Shown here piece by piece: positions 23,281 through 34,600 of a DNA stretch of 41,504 nucleotides. The notes beneath the pieces were generated by a model, which did no database searches, was not told the origin of the DNA, and saw nothing but the letters and a program-made list of their open reading frames with translations. Every line of letters begins with the position of its first letter. Positions within the stretch are counted from its first letter, which is position 1. The position numbers were made by a program, and so were the translations under genes. Source of the DNA: Octopus bimaculoides (lineage: Eukaryota); contig NC_068984.1 of assembly GCF_001194135.2 (NCBI RefSeq), positions 100,832,301 to 100,873,804 of the forward strand, in the 5' to 3' direction.

Positions 23281-24451
23281 CTAAAACATGTATGCGTATA
23301 TGCACATCAAATATGTCTGGGAGTTTGCTTTCATTTATTCATATGAAGCTTAGAACCAATAAATAACATTCATCCGTACAATGCATGAAGTTAGCGGCAA
23401 CTGGCGAATGGGGGTAACACGTACAGATAGCACCATACCGTTATGATGAACTAAAAGCCATGATGCAGTAAAAACAACTGGAACGATGTTAGTGCTATAC
23501 GGTACGAAGATCTTTTTAGCTACTTGGGCAATCTTTTGCATTCTCATACAAGTTCAGTTGTCTTGATGTTACTTTCCCCCTGGGTATATTATTTGGCAGC
23601 CAGAGAGTGAGTCTAATGTGTGTGCAGTTCTTTCTCAATTTGTTTCTAAAATAATTTGCACTAGTTTAGTAGTTTAGCATGTGTGCCTAGCGAGGAACAT
23701 TACGTAGAACATAATTGATGGCCTTCCCCTAAATGGAAACTGAAANNNNNNNNNNNNNNNNNNNNNNNNNNNNNNNNNNNNNNNNNNNNNNNNNNNNNNN
23801 NNNNNNNNNNNNNNNNNNNNNNNNNNNNNNNNNNNNNNNNNNNNNNNNNNNNNNNNNNNNNNNNNNNNNNNNNNNNNNNNNNNNNNNNNNNNNNNNNNNN
23901 NNNNNNNNNNNNNNNNNNNNNNNNNNNNNNNNNNNNNNNNNNNNNNNNNNNNNNNNNNNNNNNNNNNNNNNNNNNNNNNNNNNNNNNNNNNNNNNNNNNN
24001 NNNNNNNNNNNNNNNNNNNNNNNNNNNNNNNNNNNNNNNNNNNNNNNNNNNNNNNNNNNNNNNNNNNNNNNNNNNNNNNNNNNNNNNNNNNNNNNNNNNN
24101 NNNNNNNNNNNNNNNNNNNNNNNNNNNNNNNNNNNNNNNNNNNNNNNNNNNNNNNNNNNNNNNNNNNNNNNNNNNNNNNNNNNNNNNNNNNNNNNNNNNN
24201 NNNNNNNNNNNNNNNNNNNNNNNNNNNNNNNNNNNNNNNNNNNNNNNNNNNNNNNNNNNNNNNNNNNNNNNNNNNNNNNNNNNNNNNNNNNNNNNNNNNN
24301 NNNNNNNNNNNNNNNNNNNNNNNNNNNNNNNNNNNNNNNNNNNNNNNNNNNNNNNNNNNNNNNNNNNNNNNNNNNNNNNNNNNNNNNNNNNNNNNNNNNN
24401 NNNNNNNNNNNNNNNNNNNNNNNNNNNNNNNNNNNNNNNNNNNNNNNNNNN

Positions 24452-24625
24452 TGGTGTGTTTACGTCCCCGTAACTTAGCGGTTCGGCAAAAGAGACCGAT
24501 AGAATAAGTACTAGGCTTCCAAAGAATAAGTCCTGGGGTCGATTTGCTCGACTAAAGGCGGTGCTCCAGCATGGCCGCAGTCAAATGACTGAAACAAGTA
24601 GAAGAGAGTAAAAGAGAAAAGAGAG
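24452..24625 (+). mobile_element. SINE family A 3' half emerging from a gap
   Basis: Near-identical to the reverse complement of 469-640; perfect CAGTC-AAAT-GACTG stem-loop, then a GAGTAAAAGAG tail. Confidence 0.9.
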
Positions 24626-25216
24626 ATTAATTGTTTATTCTTTATTTTTGCAGTCTTGAAAAGGAGTAATGAAAAAAGTTCAATGTGAGCCGTTTTACGC
24701 TACCTGTGGAAAAAAAAAAAAAAGGATTGAAAGGGCATCGACAAAAGAAATCAATTATGTGGAATGTTCAGACAGTCTTGTTGTTGTGGCTACGGTATTT
24801 CGCATAACTACGGCAATACTTCAGTAGTTTGAGACGGGGGACATTTTGTAGTTTAGGAGGGGCTTTTTTGGAATTCTTTCTGGATCCTCACTACTTTACT
24901 GCATCCCTTGTTGAAGTGCTGCGCAATCAATCAGGGTCTCACCTAATTGTTGATGGTCGAAAATTTCATTAAACCGCAGACAATGGACTCTTCATTGTGG
25001 AAGTTAGGTTATTACACGTATGCGACAATGGAATACTTCAAAGTTCCTAGACCCAGGTGCACCGAGGGTGTTGCATATGCGGTAGCAGTTTTCATTTTCA
25101 GGTCCCCTGCTGGAAGAGTCCCTTGTTAAGGTGGCGTATCGTTCAAATAATTGTCATTAATCAACAATGGATAAACATAACTTCTTAGACATCTGCTTTC
25201 TTCCTTATTTCTTTCT

Positions 25217-25274
<58 letters not shown>

Positions 25275-25324
25275 NNNNNNNNNNNNNNNNNNNNNNNNNN
25301 NNNNNNNNNNNNNNNNNNNNNNNN

Positions 25325-25359
<35 letters not shown>

Positions 25360-26801
25360 GCATGAACGTATGTATGCATGTATGTGTGTGTGTATGTGAC
25401 GAGCTAAAAATCGGTAGTAACATGGGTTAAATACATAGACATAAACAGAAAATTATAGAAAAATATAAAATGATTAAAGTAAGATATAATTAAAACTTTT
25501 ATGCAACTAGATTGGGCTCGATCTAGTATGACTCTCATCATTTTCACTGATCGTTTCCCGCTTTGTCCAAATAGTGATAAGTTTCCGCTGTGTGTGCTGT
25601 TCTGATGTTGAAGTTTGCAACAAAAGCCCACGTATTAGTCGAGATTTAAATATAGCATTTGGTAATCACGGAAGTTTAATGTTACAAACAACCTGTCTGG
25701 TATACCTCACACGTTTGAATCATATCTTTTTTCGTAAGTACGTGCACATAGTCTGTTCCACATAGCTAGCGTAAGTCATTTAAATCATCCGTTATTCGTT
25801 TTTGTTTTCTATACGAATTAATGTGAAAACAAGGGTCAGTCCTATATCAGTGACAAAGGGCCATTTCTCTTAATGGTTCATAATGGTTCTCCTAATGGTT
25901 CATATTTCTTGTTTGTGGTTTCCTTCGATTGTTTCTTTTTGACACTGTCCGTGGTAGCTACCCTTCTTGACACTTTCATCACCACCTTTATCTCTCCAGC
26001 TGAACACGATGAAGTATTATTTCTGGTATTGAGAGTGTGTTGGATTTTCCAGCCAGCTTCGTAGCTGCAGTTAGGGGTGTAACTGGCGGCACTACAGAGA
26101 CGGTACTCAGGTGGTGCTCAAGAAACTAGGGTTAGCTGCCCACTGCTTCTCAACTTCAAGAAGAAAAGCTTTCGAGTGGCTTATGCTATTCGGAACTTTA
26201 TCTAGTTTTCGTTTTTACTTCCGCAAATGAACACAGCTCCCGGAGATCTCTCTCGGTCAAGGGTCCATTATGACACTCCGACACAGTATATTTCTTATGT
26301 CATCTGTGCAGTGATCAACTGCCCGCGTTGAGACATGAAAGTTATAAGTCAGGTATCAATTTCATAGCCGATGAGCCTGAGACCCCACCGTTATGTTTCT
26401 TTGGTCCAGATATTGCTGCAAAAATATTGTAGGTGCAAGTGAGCTTTAGTTTCTGTTTGCTTCCTTGTTTGGTTCGAAATGCCGAACGAGCAGTCCCGTA
26501 GGCATTGCTGCATTGGATAACGAGTAGCTCACTCAACACATCGGATAGTGGTTCCTGTAGCTGCTGATTTGAGGTCAACATAGAACTTTCTCCATAATTT
26601 TTTTAAAGCATGCAAGACCATATGACCTTACAGCCTTGCCATTTCTTGGACATACTTTTCAGACAAGGAAAGACTATTCTGCTTCACATAGTTTTGCCAG
26701 ACTATTGGGGGTTTGCCCGAATCTTATCATGTTCAGTTGTTCTGTTCCATTGGCAACAGAGATAAAACTACCGTTTTCAGAAATATTCCCTTCACTTGAA
26801 G

Positions 26802-26845
<44 letters not shown>

Positions 26846-27077
26846 ATGAATGTTGTTGCCAAATACCACTAACTTTTTCAAACTAGTAGTGCTCTCAATG
26901 GAAATGTCATTAATTTTTTTTCTTTTACGTGTGTCATGCTGTACAATATATTCTTTTTCAATTTGTTTTAGTTGTATCCTATGTGGTAGTCTTGATTTTG
27001 AATTCTTTTTCTTTCGAGTGCAAGACTGTTATTTCTTGTAGACATATATATATATATATATACATATATATGCGCGC

Positions 27078-27108
<31 letters not shown>

Positions 27109-27399
27109 GCTGTTTGTGTGTTTGTGTGTGTGAGTGTATGTATGTACGTGCGTGTGCGTGTGCGCGCACGTGCTGAGACGAAAGGATGAAAAGATGTGAT
27201 ATATCTAAAAACAGAATTTCTTCTCTGTCTGAGACTTATATGGGAAGATATTTCAAATTTAAAAGGATTCCTGCTTGCAAATTAGTTCTAAAAAAAAATA
27301 CTGTTCCATCCATCTGTTCGAGATATATTTCAGCGTAAAGAGCAACTTGTAAACATTTCAGAATACATCAGTAGCAAATAATAATAATAATAATAATAA

Positions 27400-27481
27400 G
27401 TCTTTCTAATTTTGGTTGGCACGAGGCCAGCGGTTTGAGGGAAGGGGGGAAAATCGATTAAATCAACTTGTACTTTATCGA
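27400..27481 (-). mobile_element. SINE family C 3' tail fragment before a gap
   Basis: TTGGCACGAGGCCAGC..GAGGG..AATCGATTAAATC. Confidence 0.7.
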
Positions 27482-27706
27482 NNNNNNNNNNNNNNNNNNN
27501 NNNNNNNNNNNNNNNNNNNNNNNNNNNNNNNNNNNNNNNNNNNNNNNNNNNNNNNNNNNNNNNNNNNNNNNNNNNNNNNNNNNNNNNNNNNNNNNNNNNN
27601 NNNNNNNNNNNNNNNNNNNNNNNNNNNNNNNNNNNNNNNNNNNNNNNNNNNNNNNNNNNNNNNNNNNNNNNNNNNNNNNNNNNNNNNNNNNNNNNNNNNN
27701 NNNNNN

Positions 27707-27875
27707 GTATTCGAATACATTGACCCAGTATTCTACTGGTACGTATTTTATCGACCCTGACAGGACGACAGGCAAATCGACCTCGGCAGAATTTGAACTC
27801 AGAATATAAAGACAGACGGAATGCCGCCAAGCATATCGCCCTGCGTGCAAATGATTCTGCCATCTCACCGCCTTA
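27707..27875 (-). mobile_element. SINE family C head and body
   Basis: Minus strand: AAGGCGGTGAGATGGCAGAATC..GAGTTCAAATTCTGCCGAGGTCGA..GGTCGATAAAATACGTACCAG. Confidence 0.85.
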
Positions 27876-27894
27876 AGGTCACGTCAAATATTCA

Positions 27895-28072
27895 TTCCAA
27901 GCTTTGGCACTAGGGCAGCAATTTTGAGGGAGGGGGCAATTCGATTACATCGACCCCCCAGTCTTTATCGAGTCCGAATTGATGAAAGCGAATTCGACCT
28001 CGGCAGACTTTGAACTCGGAACGTGAAGATTGACGAAATGCCGCTAAGCATTTGGCTCGGCATGCTAACGAT
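27895..28072 (-). mobile_element. SINE family C copy lacking the extreme 5' end
   Basis: Minus strand: ATCGTTAGCATGCCGAG..GAGTTCAAAGTCTGCCGAGGTCGA..GGGGTCGATGTAATCGA..GTGCCAAAG. Confidence 0.85.
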
Positions 28073-28159
28073 AAAACGATTTCGGCGGGATTTGAACACG
28101 AAACGAAGAGCGTCTGGACAAATACCATGAAACTTTCTAACGCTCTAACGACTCCGCCA

Positions 28160-28160
<1 letters not shown>
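28073..28160 (-). mobile_element. Isolated family C-related tRNA-like SINE head
   Basis: Minus strand: TGGCGGAGTCGTTAGAGCG..GTGTTCAAATCCCGCCGAAATCG, directly abutting the next copy. Confidence 0.65.
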
Positions 28161-28227
<67 letters not shown>

Positions 28228-29229
28228 CAATAATAGCAATCATAATGATAATGGTAATGATGAGAAGCGGAGAAGGAGGAGGAGCAGCAGCAGCAGGGGG
28301 AGGGGGAGAAGCAGAGAGAAGCAGGGAGAAGAAGAGAAGGAAGAGAAAGAGGAGGAGGCGGAAAATGTCATATGTTATGTATCACTTACATGAATACCAC
28401 CAAACATATGCTTATATCTACCCCAATATTTGACTGGTAAATTGTGTTATCGACCACATATAATATATATATATATATATACTTGTATTATATACATATG
28501 TATATATANNNNNNNNNNNNNNNNNNNNNNNNNNNNNNNNNNNNNNNNNNNNNNNNNNNNNNNNNNNNNNNNNNNNNNNNNNNNNNNNNNNNNNNNNNNN
28601 NNNNNNNNNNNNNNNNNNNNNNNNNNNNNNNNNNNNNNNNNNNNNNNNNNNNNNNNNNNNNNNNNNNNNNNNNNNNNNNNNNNNNNNNNNNNNNNNNNNN
28701 NNNNNNNNNNNNNNNNNNNNNNNNNNNNNNNNNNNNNNNNNNNNNNNNNNNNNNNNNNNNNNNNNNNNNNNNNNNNNNNNNNNNNNNNNNNNNNNNNNNN
28801 NNNNNNNNNNNNNNNNNNNNNNNNNNNNNNNNNNNNNNNNNNNNNNNNNNNNNNNNNNNNNNNNNNNNNNNNNNNNNNNNNNNNNNNNNNNNNNNNNNNN
28901 NNNNNNNNNNNNNNNNNNNNNNNNNNNNNNNNNNNNNNNNNNNNNNNNNNNNNNNNNNNNNNNNNNNNNNNNNNNNNNNNNNNNNNNNNNNNNNNNNNNN
29001 NNNNNNNNNNNNNNNNNNNNNNNNNNNNNNNNNNNNNNNNNNNNNNNNNNNNNNNNNNNNNNNNNNNNNNNNNNNNNNNNNNNNNNNNNNNNNNNNNNNN
29101 NNNNNNNNNNNNNNNNNNNNATTGGGTTCCAATATTCCTGTCATGTGTCTTCAGATCTAGTCCGTAATGGCGCCACTTCAAGGTGGTTGCATCATTAGCA
29201 TTGCAAAGAGTGCTCCAGCAACTACTGTT

Positions 29230-29298
<69 letters not shown>

Positions 29299-29409
29299 AC
29301 TGCAGCCGCGGCGGCGGCTGCAGAAAATGTTGATGTAGCAGTGATAATAATGATTTTAGTCATCAGAGAGAGCGCACGTCTCTCTTTTGTCTCTTAATAT
29401 AGTACTCTT

Positions 29410-29415
29410 TCTCTT

Positions 29416-29461
<46 letters not shown>

Positions 29462-29680
29462 GCAGTCTCTCTCTCTCTCTCTCTCATGCAATCTCTTTCT
29501 CTCTATCTCTCTCTCGTGCAATCTCTTTCTCTCTCTCTTTCTCATGCAATCTCTTTTTCTCTATCTCTCTCTCATGCAATCTCTTTCTCTCTCTCTCTTC
29601 CTCTCTTTCTCGCACTCTTCCTCTCTTTCTCTCTCTCCCTCGCACTCGCTCAATCGATCTCTTTCTCTTCTCCCTGTAGT
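29410..29680. repeat. (CT)n-derived ~30-bp minisatellite (TCATGCAATCTCTTTCTC... units)
   Basis: About five TCRTGCAR-containing units separated by CT runs. Confidence 0.8.
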
Positions 29681-29829
29681 ATTAGTTTTTTTCTTCCTCA
29701 TTTTCTTTCATCTCTCGCTTCTGCTTCTCTTCATTCTCTCATAACTAACGCTTAATTCCTTCCTCTTGTATTTAGTTTTGATTCTCTCTCCGATTCTTTA
29801 TTCCGTCTCCACAACCCTCTCTTTCTCTC

Positions 29830-29878
<49 letters not shown>

Positions 29879-30300
29879 ACACACTCACATACATACATAC
29901 ATACATACATACATACATACATACATACATGCATACATATCAAGGGATGAGACTGAAAAGGAACTCTTGAAATGTTAATGGACTTAGGAATGTCATTGTT
30001 CCAAACAAAAACATAAAAGGCTGATTGGGAAATACGGAAAATCATTGATAAAAAAAGATTAAACGCAAACATAGTCGTCTCTTCTCCACAATGTGTATGA
30101 AAAAGAAGCTGTTATCTACCTATTTATATGCATATATGTGTGTGTGAGAGAGCGTGTGCGAGTGTGTGCGTGTATGAGTGTGTGTGTGTATATATATATA
30201 TATGTATTTATATATGTGTATATATGTATGCATGTATTTAAGTGTATATATATATATATATATATATTTGCGTGTATGTCTCTTTTTCTCTCTCTCTATC

Positions 30301-30355
<55 letters not shown>

Positions 30356-31025
30356 ATATATATGTCTGTGTGTGTGTGTGTGTGTGTGTGAATTTATACA
30401 ACAGTAGCAGCGCTAAACAGTGATGAGAAGCAAACGAAGTGTTAAAATATGTCGCAAACATATTTGAACTAGTCTAAAATTGATATATATATATATAAAT
30501 AAATTGTTATTATTGTAGTGGTAGTTGTTATTTAACCCCAGGCCAGCGGTCATTGGACACGTGTATGATTAAATCGATTCTACTGGCAGCCATTCCTTAT
30601 TTTATTCAGATATCGTTTATACAAGACTATATTACTAAGTGTAGTTGGATGATTGGTTGGCTGGCTGGCTGGCCGACAGGTTGTCGGGCTGGTTGGTTGC
30701 TTGCTTGTTATTTGACTCAAATCAAGCTTTAATGCTTAAATGCATTCTGAGACCATCCCACCATTTTATGGATATATACCAGGTACGCACAATCATTTTC
30801 GAGAAGCAGACTGCATGAGATATAGTTCATCATCAGGCAGGCTGCATTACTAAAAATTCTAGCCAAGATTTCGTTAGACGTGCACCTGTGAAAGTCCCAC
30901 GGGCCAAGATTGGGCATGACTGATATATATATATATATATAAAATGGTTCAAATGTACAGAAAACAAAAGACGGAGACAGGTGAGGGAACACACAAACAC
31001 AGACACACATATATAAATGTATGCA

Positions 31026-31058
<33 letters not shown>

Positions 31059-31110
31059 AAGAAATTAAGGAAGGAAAATGCACACACTTTTAATATATCT
31101 TGTTTGTATT

Positions 31111-31143
31111 TGTCGACCGGTTTCGCTTTCGCTATTCATAACA
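31111..31143 (-). ncRNA. Minimal type I hammerhead ribozyme, A3-U8 core variant, in Penelope pseudo-LTR
   Basis: Minus-strand RNA: UGUU-AUGAAUA-GC-GAAA-GC-GAAA-CCGG-UC-GACA. This gives stem I, core, a 2-bp stem II with GNRA loop, GAAA, palindromic ACCGGU stem III, a GUC site, then stem I. The fold is inferred by eye and activity is untested. Confidence 0.75.
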
Positions 31144-33141
31144 TTAAAATTTATTTAAATACGTATTTTCTTAAGAAAATTTTTTTGTCCATGTTTTGTG
31201 TGGATTCAACAATTAGAAAAATCTAAGGGGAGGTAATTCGTTATCGTTATTATTGTGGACAGTTTTCGGCATTGGGGAGGAATATACATACACACAAAAA
31301 TTCAAAAACTAGAGTGATAGGGAGAAATATGTACAGTGATGGGTATGTAATCGTGAATTAAAATATGTTTAGAGATCAAGGTTGGCTATTCGTGCATATT
31401 TAAACGTGTTCCGTATTTTTCGATGAAAAAATTTTCTTTATTTAAACGTTCTTGTAAAGAAATTGTATCTTTGCAATGGTAGAAGGGGAACTGAAATTTG
31501 GTTTGATGTTACCAGCACATTTCTCTATGTGTTCACTTAAAGGAATTTGTATGCGCTGCAGAAATCAGATCTTCTCTTTACGTAAAGTAGTTCTCCGTCT
31601 CAATCTCATACTCGTCTGTCCTATATAGTGATGTCCGCAATCTGAGCAGGTTATTACATAAATTAGGTTCTCAGAGGCACAAGTGAAGTTGGTTTTAATT
31701 GTGAACCTCTCTCCTTGTTTGAAAAAGAAATCCGTGCCTTCAAGCAGGTTGGGGCATGTTCCACAGTTTCAGTGTCCACATTTTTTAACCGTTGGTTTCG
31801 TGGTTGTTATGTAAAGCTTCGCATTCGTTAGAAGTCTCTTTAGCGATTTGTGTTGCTTTTTGCATTTGATGAGTTTATTCGATTTCAGGATGTTGTTCAT
31901 TTTTGGGTCTCTAGTTGCCTCATTGTTTCTAGGGTTGTGAGTTGATATATACAGTAGCGTTTTGAGATGTGTGGTGTTATGTTTTGTTGTCCTTAGTGCT
32001 TTTATGTCTAATTTCTTTCGTCTTTCTATGTTGTTTTCAGGTCTTGAAGACGAAGGTCCCGAGTAGTTCTATCAGACACTATTGTGCAAATCCTTTTTGC
32101 TAAATTGAGGAGGATATTTATTTTGATGTGTTTCAGGTGGCATGAGCTAAAAAGGAGATATTGTTTCGAGTCCGTTGGTTTATGATACATGTCGGTTATA
32201 ATTTGGTTGATGACTTTTTTTATCATAATATCCAAAAATGGGAGCTGTTCTTTGCTATATTCCATTTTGAATTGATTGTTACTGTTTATACCGTTTAGTG
32301 CTGATTTGAAGTCCAAAAGTTTGTCAATGGTCTCCTTCCAAATGATAAAACAGTCATCCAGGTATCTTTTCCTGTTTTCTTTTATGCAATGATGAAATGG
32401 ATAACCATATTTTTGAAATGACACTTCATATATGGTGAATTCAAAATAACCTATCATTAGAGTTGCTTTCGTTCCCATCGCTATTCCACATTTTTTACAA
32501 TAGTATGTATCATCAAATAGGAAATAATTGTTCTGAAGTATAAATTTTAAAGATTCAATTATAAAGACCTGATTTATGCGTTCCGGGAGTACTTCAGGGT
32601 ACTTTTCCAACCAGAATTTAATTGCTTTTATTCCATAGTCACGTGGGATGTTGGTGTAAAGATTAATAACATCGAAGGAAACCAATAATGCCTCTTCATT
32701 ACTTGTTTTTGGTATGTGCTCTAGCATGTCTAAATCGTCTCTAATGAAACTTTTGATGGATTTCAGCAACCAGTGCAAAGATACAATTTCTTTACAAGAA
32801 CTTTTAAATAAAGAAAAGATTTTTTCATCGGAAAATACAGAACACGTCTAAATATGCACACATAACCAACTTTGATCTCTAAACATATTTTAATTCACGA
32901 TTACATACCCATCACGGTACATATTTCTCCCCACCACTCTAGTTTTTGAATTTTTGTGAATATATATATTCCGCCCCAATGCCGAAAATTGAACAATTAT
33001 CTCTCCTGTCCACAATAATAACGATAACCAATTATCTCCCCTTATATTTTTCTAATTGTTGAATCGTTCATTCATGAACTCCACATACAACATGGACAAA
33101 AAAATTCTTCTTAAGAAAATACGTATTTAAATAAATTTTAA

Positions 33142-33174
33142 TGTCATGAATAGCAAAATCGAAACCAATCGACA
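33142..33174 (+). ncRNA. Decayed copy of the same hammerhead motif
   Basis: UGUC-AUGAAUA-GC-AAAA-UC-GAAA-CCAA-UC-GACA. Stem I and core are kept; stems II and III are disrupted. Confidence 0.6.
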
Positions 33175-33376
33175 AACGCAATAAAAGCTATATTAAAAAT
33201 TATATGAAAACTATGTAAAGTGTGTGCATTTTCCTTCTTTAATTTCTTATATATATTACAACTCACCACGTGGGGATAATCGAAATTCCCCTCTTTTTAT
33301 TACTATATATATCTGCTTAAACCAAAGACTTGGTGAAACTTCGATGACACTATCAATTAAATAATAATAAACAACG

Positions 33377-33592
33377 GTTTCTGATTTAAATACGAGGCTA
33401 GTAGTTTTGAGGGGGAGACAGGTTATTGGAAACCATTAACCCTAATACTAACCTGGTACTTAATTTTATTTATCTCGGGTGGGGAAGAGTGCAAAGCACA
33501 GTTTGCCTTGGTAGGATTTGAACTCAAAGCGTGGAAAGCCGGAGCAAATACCGTAAAGCATTTCTACCGATGTTTTAACGATTCGCCAGTTT
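33377..33592 (-). mobile_element. SINE family C, diverged
   Basis: Minus strand: CTGGCGAATCGTTAAAACATCGG..TTTGAGTTCAAATCCTACC..AATTAAGTACCAGG..CCCCTCAAAA. Confidence 0.7.
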
Positions 33593-33599
33593 ATATCCT

Positions 33600-34196
33600 A
33601 CAACGCGAACTATAACACAGGTCAGGGGTTTATAATGTGCTACCTACACAGTATGATGTATGTGACCAAGACGCATAGATATCAACAGCTCAGGCTACCT
33701 AGATGTAATAGGTAAAACATCGTTGTATAGTTCTTAGTTTAAGGCTGCAGTACTTAATTGTCAACAGCCTTGTCCTCATAGAGGTACTGTGCCACTGGCT
33801 ATGAAAACAGTGTGGTACCGTTCTCTAGGTTCAGCAATGTGTATTCTCCACTGTATTGTGTGCATGACCACGTGATTTAACTGCTAACACCCAGTTTACT
33901 TAGCTGTTAGTAGATGCCATCTACGACCGAGACACATACGTAACTATCAACAGCCTACATAAGTAACCATGTACCTCAGTGTAGCATAGTTCACTGTGTG
34001 TATATGTATGACCATGGTAAGAAGTTTGCTTCCCAACCACATGATTCCGAGTTCAGTCCCACTGCGTGGCACCTTGAGCAAGTGTCTTCTGCGAAGTCTG
34101 AGGCTGACCAAAGTTTTGTAACTGGAGTTGGTAGACGGAAACTTAAAGAAGCTCGTCGTATGTGTGTGTGTGCGCGCACGCGCGCGTACGTGTGTG

Positions 34197-34228
<32 letters not shown>

Positions 34229-34600
34229 CATCTGTGGTGTGTGGGTGAATGTCTCTGCATCTCTGTTTGTCCCCCACCACCGCTCGACAACCGGTGTTGG
34301 CTGGTTTACATCCCCGTGACTTAGCGACAATAAGTACCAGGCTTAAAAATAAAAAGAATTACTGGGGTCGATTCGTTCGGCTAAAAGTTCATCGAGGCGG
34401 TGCCCCAGCATGGTCGCAGTCTAATGACTGAAACAAATAAAAGACAAAATATCCCTGTTCACCTAGCTGTAAGTCGACAGTACAATGTGGTATACTTCCC
34501 TGTGCTGTATCCATGTCGAAAACACTTAACAGTCAACAGCCCAGTCCACATAGCTGTAAATAAGTACCACAGTGTGTCATAGTTCACTCTACTGTGTTCA
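33600..34600 (+). repeat. Degenerate tandem repeat with TCAACAGC/TAGCTGT/CATAGTTCACT units, interrupted by a SINE
   Basis: TCAACAGC at 33682, 33761, 33947 and 34533, each followed by related sequence. Confidence 0.55.
34015..34450 (+). mobile_element. SINE family A, near full length
   Basis: TGGTAAGAAGTTTGCTTCCCAACCACATG..GAGTTCAGTCCCACTGCGTGGCACCTTGAGCAAGTGTCTTC, internal (TG)n, and a CAGTC-TAAT-GACTG 3' stem-loop. Confidence 0.9.

Larger units (their letters stand above)
31056..33251 (-). mobile_element. Penelope-like element (RT plus GIY-YIG), 5'-truncated, with inverted pseudo-LTR
   Basis: ORF 32026-32778 has LLVSFDVINLYTNIP, GIAMGT, YLDDCF, LPFLDI and YHKPTD..YL.FSSCH. Downstream are CGH*NCGTC and LIYVITCSDCGHHYIGQT (GIY-YIG, about 31612-31665). 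31056-31475 is repeated inverted at 32774-33251. Confidence 0.93.

Noticed and set aside
28230-28370. Acidic/basic low-complexity ORFs
   Set aside because: GAG/GAA/GCA simple repeats only.
32026-32778. Telomerase or intact RT gene
   Set aside because: The linked GIY-YIG and pseudo-LTR identify it as Penelope-like; it is 5'-truncated with stops downstream.
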